DNA of 25,016 nt from a virus. Taxonomy: Duplodnaviria; Caudoviricetes. The notes beneath the pieces are model-generated. The model searched no databases. It had not been told where the DNA came from and saw only the letters and a program-made list of their open reading frames with translations. Of this stretch, positions 8,477 to 16,232 are shown in pieces. Position numbers and translations under genes: made by a program. Location of the stretch: positions 1 to 25,016 of the IMG/VR virus record IMGVR_UViG_3300035135_003292; one strand, 5' to 3'. The first letter of the stretch is position 1; each line of letters starts with the position of its first letter.

Positions 8477-9790
8477 TTACTCAGGCATTTTAAGAAATAC
8501 CTTCATCGCATCTTCGTCAATTCTAGTAATTTGTACCGTGATGTCGTCTCCTGGCCTAAATACAGACATTGTGTCTTCTCCTAATTCACTCACATGAAGT
8601 AAACCTGTTACGCCTTCTTCAATCGTAATGAACAGGCCATAATCTTTTTTAGTCTTAACTTTGGCTGTTACAACTGAAGGTATTTGATAACGAGAATTAA
8701 TGTTCATCCAAGGATTATGTGCAACTTCAGTCTTTTGAGTTAACGTAATCTTTTTATGACTAACAATGTCCTTAACTTTAAATCTAATTTCATCTCCAGG
8801 TTTAATTTCTCTAGCCTTAAACTTAGCCATCGTTTCTTGATCTAAGTCATTAGAGTGAATCATACCAGTCAAACACTTGTTAAATTCAACAAAGACACCA
8901 TATTTGGCAGTTCCTGTTACATTACCAACTTGCTCGTTTTCGATATTCTGTTTAAGATCTTCAATCGCATCTGGAATTAAGGCTTGTAAGTATTTTCTAT
9001 GTGAAACTACTAATGTACCTCTTTCTGGTGAGAAACTAACAGGAACAACATACATCTCAGTGTCAACAATAGACGAGAAGTCGTGTAATTTATTGATTCC
9101 AGCCAATGAACCTGGCATAAAGCAATCAATACCTTGAATTCTAACAATGTAACCACCATTTTCGATCATATGAGAAACTCGACCGACCCAAGCTGTATCG
9201 CCTGATTCAACACCGTCTCTAAGATCCATAAATACCTTTTGCTTAACGCCACCACTAATAGATCCACTAATGTGTTCACCTGGTTGTACGTTAGTAATTA
9301 AGACAGCTGTCTCTTCACCAACAGACATTTGCTGTACTTCTGGTGTTTCTTTGTTATACTTAACGTAAACAAGTTCTCTGTAACCAATGTCAACGCTGAT
9401 CCATTCCGTGCTGATACCAAAAATAGTTCCTTCGTGAATTTCACCTGGCAATACCTTAGTTTTGATATTGTCATAGTTATCTACATTACTGTAAATATCA
9501 TAAAGTTCTTGGGCATAAGATTCTCTAGAATAGACTTTATCGCCCTTTCTAGTACGAATGTGCGGATTTGGGTTTCTAGTGTGAGATGGGCAAGTTGCTT
9601 CATATGCTTCCCACATAAAGTTGCCATCTGCGTCGTAAAATTCTGAATCTGTTGTAGATTGATCTTCTTCGTTTTTAAGTTGATCAATGTTATCGATATT
9701 TTCAGCTACTCTTTCTTCTACCTTGATGTTGAGTTCTTTAGTTTCGGCTGTAGCATCTCCGATTCTAGCTCTTTTCTTTTTTTCAGTCAT
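8477..9790 (-). CDS. rpsA: Phage-encoded ribosomal protein S1 homologue (four S1/OB domains)
   Basis: Four S1 repeats: 'GEIHEGTI..ISVDIGYR', 'GGYIVRIQGIDCFMPGS...LVVSHRK', 'GNVTGTAKYGVFVEF...GMIHSNDL' and 'DYGLFITIEEGVTGLLHVSEL...PGDDITVQITRID'; linker 'HNPW'; N-terminal 'FMWEAYE'. Confidence 0.88.
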   Translation of the reverse strand: MTEKKKRARIGDATAETKELNIKVEERVAENIDNIDQLKNEEDQSTTDSEFYDADGNFMWEAYEATCPSHTRNPNPHIRTRKGDKVYSRESYAQELYDIYSNVDNYDNIKTKVLPGEIHEGTIFGISTEWISVDIGYRELVYVKYNKETPEVQQMSVGEETAVLITNVQPGEHISGSISGGVKQKVFMDLRDGVESGDTAWVGRVSHMIENGGYIVRIQGIDCFMPGSLAGINKLHDFSSIVDTEMYVVPVSFSPERGTLVVSHRKYLQALIPDAIEDLKQNIENEQVGNVTGTAKYGVFVEFNKCLTGMIHSNDLDQETMAKFKAREIKPGDEIRFKVKDIVSHKKITLTQKTEVAHNPWMNINSRYQIPSVVTAKVKTKKDYGLFITIEEGVTGLLHVSELGEDTMSVFRPGDDITVQITRIDEDAMKVFLKMPE

Positions 9791-9818
9791 TATTTTTTAT
9801 ATTAAAGGTGTAACATAA

Positions 9819-9826
9819 TATATATC
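9819..9826 (-). promoter_or_regulatory. Putative late promoter (GATATATA)
   Basis: Exact octamer in the 46-nt spacer, ~29 nt upstream of the S1 ATG. Confidence 0.55.
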
Positions 9827-9836
9827 TCTTCACTTT

Positions 9837-11819
9837 TTAGAACACGACAGGTACAAAACCGACCATAGGCACTGGGCCAACTGGTGTTGGGATACCCCCT
9901 AAATAGATTAATTTAAACTCTAATAAGTGCATTGCATACGCAAAAGACAGGGCTGTTGCCACTGCAAATGCCGGCGGTTGAGGTGCTGGCAATTGACTAA
10001 ATGTTTTACCAGTATTCCAAGCCCTTCTTAAGTTATTAGCTAATCGTTTTTTACCACCATAATAAATCGGTATATAAATACCAGTTAGAGGTGGGGGAAT
10101 TAATGCAGGTGGCATTGAAGTAACGGGTTGAAATGGTTTTACAATACACAAATACCAATATGTGATAGTTATTTGTGCTAATTCTTCATATGGATCTCCA
10201 CCTGGCCAACTATATGGTATATCGTTTTCAGGTTCATTCGCATCACATTCTTCAGCTTCTTGCTTTGCCTTTTCTGCTTGATAATATTGAAACTTAAAAA
10301 GTGTTCCACCTGTTTTTGGATCTATTGCTAAAAATTGATTTAAAGCCGCCTCAGGATCAGAAGCATCTGGACTAATACTACTTATGGCTGGTGGTATTTT
10401 AGACCATTTATTTTCATATTCATTTTTTACATACTTAAGATCAACATAAGAAGAGTCTTTATCCCACCATATAATTTTATAATTATCAATAATTACATTA
10501 GTTTCTTCTCCGTCTTCAACAATATTATTAGCATATGTGTAAAACGTTTTTTGAGCATCTCCATCATATGTAAAAAATGTTACTACATTATCAGTTAATA
10601 TTTTAGGTCTTTTACTTTCAACTATTTTTGTTTTAGGTTGACCGTCGTCACCGATAGACTCATATGTACCACTTTCTCTATTATAAGAAACCTGTATTTT
10701 ATATGGATCTAATGGACACAATTCTTCTTCACTAGAACTTAGTTCACTAGAACTCGGTTGTGGCATCGGCGTTGCCGCCTTTCTACCTCTGGACACTCTT
10801 TTATATAAATCTAGTTCAACATATGTTTTAATAATATCACCCTGCCAATCTTTTTCTACAACTTTATATGCTGGAAAAACGGTGTCCATAGCCTCTTTAA
10901 CTACCCTAGAAACACCGTCTACTATAATTTTCCAATCGTATCCTGCGTTTTGAATATCGTTTCTAACGCCGCTTCTAACATTAGGATATGGAAATCTTTG
11001 TTTCCAACTAGAATTTGCACCAGCAATATCATATATTGTTAAATCTTTATAGTTTTGTTTACCCAAACTAGTGGCCCATCTAAGATACTTAAATTGATTA
11101 TCTTTATTACTTATAGTATCAAATTTCTGTAGAATTCTATTTGCAAATATAGCTATAATATCATCATTTGATTCGTTACCATCTAAACAATGAAACTCAA
11201 AAAACTTAAACTTAAGTAAACCATATTTAGGATCGTTTTTATGATCTTCAATAAATTTATTAAACTTCTTAATTCTTTTCTTTTCTTCTTCTACTGGATC
11301 TGGCGGTTCGACTGGCTCTGGACAAAGTAAATCCGCATAGTCTGGGTGTGACTCTTTACCCATTGAAATAATATTACCATCTGCATCTTTTTGATCCATT
11401 AAGGGTAAATCACCCTCTTTTAACATTCTCTCAAATACTAGGCCATACCCGTTTTTTAAAAACTCTTCGGCTGCTGGATTATTAATGTGAAAAGCACCAA
11501 CTGGAGTTTGAGCTGCATTTTTAACTGCATTAAGATAGTCTTGTGCTATCGCTACACCAAAATCATATCTACCGCTTAATAGATTAGTACTTGCAATATT
11601 AGTAAAATCAGCAGGATTTGTTGCTAAATTAGCATTTACTGGATTGCCAGGCTTTACTGATTCTGCAAGTGCTTTACTCGGTGGAAAAACTTCAACTTGA
11701 TCAGATCCAACCTTAGGCACTTCATATGATTGTGTAGCAAGTCCTCCTGGTTTTGTAAATTGTTGACTAGAGATAGTACTTGCTGCCGCTGATATAAATG
11801 TTGGCCAAATTACGGGCAT
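9837..11819 (-). CDS. Hypothetical virion protein following the spike gene (Pro-rich ends, large central insert)
   Basis: 660 aa ORF starting 2 nt after the spike stop; Pro-rich hydrophobic C-terminus; no family recognised with certainty. Confidence 0.6.
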   Translation of the reverse strand: MPVIWPTFISAAASTISSQQFTKPGGLATQSYEVPKVGSDQVEVFPPSKALAESVKPGNPVNANLATNPADFTNIASTNLLSGRYDFGVAIAQDYLNAVKNAAQTPVGAFHINNPAAEEFLKNGYGLVFERMLKEGDLPLMDQKDADGNIISMGKESHPDYADLLCPEPVEPPDPVEEEKKRIKKFNKFIEDHKNDPKYGLLKFKFFEFHCLDGNESNDDIIAIFANRILQKFDTISNKDNQFKYLRWATSLGKQNYKDLTIYDIAGANSSWKQRFPYPNVRSGVRNDIQNAGYDWKIIVDGVSRVVKEAMDTVFPAYKVVEKDWQGDIIKTYVELDLYKRVSRGRKAATPMPQPSSSELSSSEEELCPLDPYKIQVSYNRESGTYESIGDDGQPKTKIVESKRPKILTDNVVTFFTYDGDAQKTFYTYANNIVEDGEETNVIIDNYKIIWWDKDSSYVDLKYVKNEYENKWSKIPPAISSISPDASDPEAALNQFLAIDPKTGGTLFKFQYYQAEKAKQEAEECDANEPENDIPYSWPGGDPYEELAQITITYWYLCIVKPFQPVTSMPPALIPPPLTGIYIPIYYGGKKRLANNLRRAWNTGKTFSQLPAPQPPAFAVATALSFAYAMHLLEFKLIYLGGIPTPVGPVPMVGFVPVVF

Positions 11820-11821
11820 GA

Positions 11822-12538
11822 TTACTTACTCTTTTGTTGATAGTTAATATGTGTACTTGATAACCTGCCAACAGTTGTTGTTGTAGGTGGCATCGGAGGA
11901 CCAGAAGGTCCAACGCCGGTTGGGTGAATATGTGCAACATAATCATCTAATAAAGCCTGCAACCAATCTTGTAAAGACTGACCTCTAACGGCCGGTTCAG
12001 TTTCATCTGCACCACTTTCACCAGTATTTGAGACAAATATATCACCCGAGTCTAAGAACATCTTAGCATCGGTGCTTATCTTAATAAAACCTTCTTCGTC
12101 AATTTGAATCATTGGACGCTCTTTAGCACCACTGCCTCGAGTAATCACTAAACCGTCTTCTGGCGAGTGATAGATGCGAAGATTTCTTTCAGCATCATAT
12201 ACTAAGCTTATCACATCATGTGGCTTATCAGAAGCTTCGAGAATGTCTGTCTTTAAGTCTTTGTTTTGATCAACTTGAAACCAATATTCAGGGTGATAGA
12301 TGTTACCATTATCAAAGCGTACTGCTACAATATCACCAACTCTTGGCACTGCATGTGCACCGACTTGATCGCGATTCATTGGAGTGGCCCATGGAATTGC
12401 ATCATCTGGCAAAAGGTCAAATTTACCGAATACTTTGACTCTACATCGACCTTTTAATAGTGGATCTTCGTTGATAACGACCTCACCAAGCCAATGCGTC
12501 TCTCTAAGATTGTCTTTGTAAAGTTCTTTATCATTCAT
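11822..12538 (-). CDS. Baseplate central spike, gp5 N-terminal OB-fold / P2 gpV-like, no lysozyme domain
   Basis: 'WLGEVVINEDPLLKGRCRVKVFG...IPWATP...VPRVGDIVAVRFDNGNIYHPEY' is the gp5/VgrG OB fold; short beta-helix; C-terminal HxH apex motif 'HIHPTGVGPSGPP'. Confidence 0.88.
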   Translation of the reverse strand: MNDKELYKDNLRETHWLGEVVINEDPLLKGRCRVKVFGKFDLLPDDAIPWATPMNRDQVGAHAVPRVGDIVAVRFDNGNIYHPEYWFQVDQNKDLKTDILEASDKPHDVISLVYDAERNLRIYHSPEDGLVITRGSGAKERPMIQIDEEGFIKISTDAKMFLDSGDIFVSNTGESGADETEPAVRGQSLQDWLQALLDDYVAHIHPTGVGPSGPPMPPTTTTVGRLSSTHINYQQKSK

Positions 12539-13856
12539 GTACGTTATCGTTTATTGGATCGTCTCTATCTGGAGCGATCGGATCATATACTTTTTTAGGT
12601 GTAATATTACCATCTGGTGATGAGTCAAGTGCAAAGTTGTCTTTAGGATAAATGTTACCAGGGCTTAAGTCACCTGAACCCGGTCTACTTCTTTGACCAA
12701 ATAGTTGGCCGGCTAAATTAGCCACGGCGTTAATACTACCAGCTTGAATTGCATCTTGAATAGAACCTATACCGCCCAATCCATGAACATTACCTAATAG
12801 TAGTCTACCTGCAACTGAATCAGCTAAACCACCAACAAACGTTGATGCTGCACCTCCAAAAAGTCCAGGTCCGCCGAAGACATTACCGATTTCACTATTA
12901 GATTCGGGGTTAAGTGCATTTTGAATACTCTTCTTTTTAGCATCAAACGCGTCTTTAACTTCTTGTGCTTTTTTGTTAGCAATATCTTGTACGGCTTGCT
13001 TAGGATCAAATGGCCCAGTCTGATAATCTGGAATCTTGCCAGGTACCGCTAAGCCTTCTGTTGCTTCATCTTCTGAAATATTAAAGCTTTGATCAAATTG
13101 CTTAACTGATTCCCAAAATATACCAATTTTAGGTTTTTTAAGTTCAGGATTTTTGCCAAGATCTGCGAACATAGCACTAATATCATCAATACTAAATTCA
13201 CAAAAATCAAATTGTAATCTAACAAATGGCTTAGCCGCTAGACCCATTTCAGTATTAAGTGGTGTATCATCTGGAGAAGCATAACTGCTTTGTCCTTTTG
13301 GATTATGATCACCAATGCGACCTCTAGAATCTGTGTTTCTGGCAGCAATATCCTGTTGAAATTGTCTAATCTCAGAAACAATCACATACATTCTAAAATG
13401 ACGTAAATTTTTAGGGACAATTTCTACCCATCTATTAAAATCAAAAATAGCTCTTTTATAAAGATCCATTAATGCAATAGCGGTTAAGTCTACGTTTTCT
13501 TCAAGACACTCGATTTCTAATTTAGGCTTATTAGCTCCCCAAAAAGGCTCTTCTAAATTTTGGTACTGCATCGCAACTTCAACGCCGCCTAACGTTTGCC
13601 AAAACCATGGCATTTCTTTATTAATTCTTTGAAAGAGTTTAATAAAAGAACTTAGTCTATTTGAAAGAGATTTACCATATTCTCCGCCAACGACATTCTC
13701 TAAATATTGATTCGCTGCACCGTTAAACAAGGGCGACTCGTGCGAAATATAATCGAACATAAAAAACCAGCTCAAGTACGTAGGATCTTCATTGAACTTA
13801 CGCAATTGAGAGCCTTTTCTAAATTCATTTCTATGTTTGCTAAAGTCCTCTTGCAT
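12531..13856 (-). CDS. Putative tail-tube-fold baseplate protein (gp54/gp19-like) with low-complexity C-terminus
   Basis: Position between hub and spike genes; the segment 'LEIECLEENVDL...LMDLYKRAIFD...LRHFRMYVIVSE...RLQFDFCEF' has tube-protein-like strand/helix order; Gly-rich tail. Confidence 0.4.
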   Translation of the reverse strand: MQEDFSKHRNEFRKGSQLRKFNEDPTYLSWFFMFDYISHESPLFNGAANQYLENVVGGEYGKSLSNRLSSFIKLFQRINKEMPWFWQTLGGVEVAMQYQNLEEPFWGANKPKLEIECLEENVDLTAIALMDLYKRAIFDFNRWVEIVPKNLRHFRMYVIVSEIRQFQQDIAARNTDSRGRIGDHNPKGQSSYASPDDTPLNTEMGLAAKPFVRLQFDFCEFSIDDISAMFADLGKNPELKKPKIGIFWESVKQFDQSFNISEDEATEGLAVPGKIPDYQTGPFDPKQAVQDIANKKAQEVKDAFDAKKKSIQNALNPESNSEIGNVFGGPGLFGGAASTFVGGLADSVAGRLLLGNVHGLGGIGSIQDAIQAGSINAVANLAGQLFGQRSRPGSGDLSPGNIYPKDNFALDSSPDGNITPKKVYDPIAPDRDDPINDNVHE

Positions 13857-13860
13857 TTAC

Positions 13861-13868
13861 TATATATT
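13861..13868 (-). promoter_or_regulatory. Variant late-promoter-like motif (AATATATA)
   Basis: One-base variant of the recurrent motif in a 16-nt spacer, 4 nt before the ATG at 13856. Confidence 0.35.
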
Positions 13869-13872
13869 CTAA

Positions 13873-15378
13873 TTATTCAGGCGTCCTAAGATCTGCCATC
13901 TTAGTTGGCCATTCTCTTCTAATTAGTGTAACTTCTTGTGTTAGACCAACTAACGAGTCGTATGTAATATCAATATTTTCAATAATATAAAAGCCTGTTA
14001 AAAATCTATCCATCATTTGACTCGGTAAACCTTCTCCAGTGTCTTCACTTTTTAAGCCTAAACTTTGCTCGTTAAAACCTGCTTCTTCATGCTCCATTTT
14101 AGTCAATGTTGCATGCCCTATTTTTTGACCATCATAGTGGTACATTAATAACGGAATCTTTTGATATTTGTAGAGTGCTGGATTAAAACTATTTAGAGTC
14201 ACTTTGACTTTCATCTTTTGTGTCTCCATTTCATTTTGCTTATTGTGCAATTTAGCAAAGACTGAGCTTGAGTGTACATTACCTAAACCATCTTCACCAG
14301 TATCTTGACGACCAATGTACTTATATTTTACATTGTCTTGATAGTCTTCTTCATCTCTTTTACCTTTTAGAGGTTCTTCAATATCTCTTAGATTAGTTGA
14401 GCTTAATGGTTCAATGTCGAATTGTTGTAAGCGCTCGCTATCTTCACCGTTATCATCATAAATCATAACGTTTCTCTTATTACCAGCCTTTAAACTAATT
14501 TTATTAGAATTGTTAATAATTTCAACTTCTTCTACATAAATGTTTAGCCCTTTTACTTCTAAGAAATTTGTTAATAAAAGTGGCATTTCTGCATTATCAG
14601 GATCTGGTCCATCTGCATTACCTCGTTCACCGTATGATTGTGATGATGAAGCTAAACTCTGTTGCAGTTCTTCAATTGATGGGTTGCTTGAGTTAAAGAT
14701 TCTATTTACCTCTACATAATTTAAGTAATAGTATTGATCAATGTAATACTTTTGAAAAGCATCGTCGCTAATATATGAATCTTCAGCAATAGACTTAATA
14801 AACTCTAAATAAGTTTCATAAGCCTGAATTCTAGCCATAGTGTCATCTGTTTCATCGATGTTAGTGGCTAAACCTAATTTTAGTTCACGCGCTACCATTT
14901 CCATGTGATCTAGAGAACCTGCGTTGTCAAGCTTTTGACAGTTTTCACCAAATAGTTTAGGGATCTTTGCAATACCTTCCATTGTGATTAGTGCTGGAGC
15001 ACCTTCAACGCCCTTGCTAGCAATAATATTAGTGATACTAAAGTCCATATGAATAGACTTAAACGTCTCTTGATTTTTAGAGTTAATTAAGAGTGTAAAT
15101 ACATCGCCGTCTCGAGGATATGAATCAACTTCAAAACCGCTTTTAGTATCTTCAACTTCTACTACACACCTTGGCACCACACCACTTAGTGTTAGATCTA
15201 CTGACCTAACTTGATTTCTACCGAACACATATTTATTAACCTTAATAAATGGCTCGATATTACCCATCTGCTTAGTGATTTTATCACCACCTTCTTCTTC
15301 ACCGGCAGCATAAATCTTAATCTCAGTAGGCATCAAAGCCGGTTCTACGACCGCTAAAATATTGTGATCTAAATCCAT
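13873..15378 (-). CDS. Putative baseplate hub protein (T4 gp27 / Mu gp44 / P2 gpD-like)
   Basis: C-terminal 'VKVTLNSFNPAL...FLTGFYIIENIDITY...QEVTLIRREW' pattern typical of hub proteins; synteny gp53-like, hub, spike. Confidence 0.6.
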   Translation of the reverse strand: MDLDHNILAVVEPALMPTEIKIYAAGEEEGGDKITKQMGNIEPFIKVNKYVFGRNQVRSVDLTLSGVVPRCVVEVEDTKSGFEVDSYPRDGDVFTLLINSKNQETFKSIHMDFSITNIIASKGVEGAPALITMEGIAKIPKLFGENCQKLDNAGSLDHMEMVARELKLGLATNIDETDDTMARIQAYETYLEFIKSIAEDSYISDDAFQKYYIDQYYYLNYVEVNRIFNSSNPSIEELQQSLASSSQSYGERGNADGPDPDNAEMPLLLTNFLEVKGLNIYVEEVEIINNSNKISLKAGNKRNVMIYDDNGEDSERLQQFDIEPLSSTNLRDIEEPLKGKRDEEDYQDNVKYKYIGRQDTGEDGLGNVHSSSVFAKLHNKQNEMETQKMKVKVTLNSFNPALYKYQKIPLLMYHYDGQKIGHATLTKMEHEEAGFNEQSLGLKSEDTGEGLPSQMMDRFLTGFYIIENIDITYDSLVGLTQEVTLIRREWPTKMADLRTPE

Positions 15379-15384
15379 CTATTA

Positions 15385-16227
15385 TTATTTATTACAAGGG
15401 CTATCAGACGAATCTGAACTTCCTGAAGTATTATTACTACCTGCTGGAGAAGTGCCATCACCTTTATTTCCGCCAACCTCATCGGCTGTGTCAGTTTTGC
15501 CAGCACCGCCTGCACCATTACCACTTGAAGCACCTTGTACTCCTGAATTTTCATTAAGTAGTTTATCAAGTTGTGTGCCTGTTAAACCTGCACCTGAGCC
15601 AGAGCCAGAACCACTTCCAGATGTAATTCCAGTACCACCCGCAGGTATATCTACAATGGTAGTTTCAGTTACTACTTCAATGCCTTCAGCATTTGCTGCT
15701 GCAATTAACTCAGCTGTGATAGATTCTACTACAGCATCGGTTTGTACTTGAGCGCCCATTCTAACTTCAGAACCATCGAATTCATAGTTCTTTTTGCCAA
15801 CCGGAATTACGTTAGGTGGTAATAAGGTCTCTTTATTGTATTTCTTTTTACGAGCTTCAACTCTTTTTTGATCTTTCTTACTTAATCGCTTAGTGTCAAT
15901 AAACTGTTGTTTAACAATATTTTCTTCATAAGCACCTGGTCTTTCAAGTTTATAATATGCCGTTGTTGGTGAGGGAACAAAAATTGTTTCACCTGGCATC
16001 AAACTAAAAGGATCAGAAATATTATTAAATTTTAAGATCATATCAAGCTTACTATGATCACCATAATAAAGCAATGCTATGCGATCTGGTCTAACAATAT
16101 CATCATCTCTAACAATATGTTCAGCCACAATTTCGGCTCCTACTATGTTTCTAAAAATCATAGTAGGTTGAGTTAAGACTAGCTTAACTGTATCCTTAGT
16201 TTTGTTATATAGAGATTTTAGATTCAT
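15385..16227 (-). CDS. Baseplate wedge protein, T4 gp53 / LysM (P2 gpX)-like, with Gly/Ser-rich tail
   Basis: 'HIVRDDDIVRPDRIALLYYGDHSKLDMILKFNNISDPFSLMPGETIFVP' is the gp53/LysM signature. Confidence 0.82.
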   Translation of the reverse strand: MNLKSLYNKTKDTVKLVLTQPTMIFRNIVGAEIVAEHIVRDDDIVRPDRIALLYYGDHSKLDMILKFNNISDPFSLMPGETIFVPSPTTAYYKLERPGAYEENIVKQQFIDTKRLSKKDQKRVEARKKKYNKETLLPPNVIPVGKKNYEFDGSEVRMGAQVQTDAVVESITAELIAAANAEGIEVVTETTIVDIPAGGTGITSGSGSGSGSGAGLTGTQLDKLLNENSGVQGASSGNGAGGAGKTDTADEVGGNKGDGTSPAGSNNTSGSSDSSDSPCNK

Positions 16228-16232
16228 AGCGA

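Noticed and set aside
8477-9790. Host chromosomal rpsA (contamination or prophage boundary)
   Set aside because: Highly diverged, only four domains, flanked on both sides by phage genes and preceded by the same phage motif
9798-9822. TATATTA/TAATATA inverted repeat upstream of S1
   Set aside because: Only 7 A-U pairs, expected by chance in AT-rich DNA; too weak to call a switch
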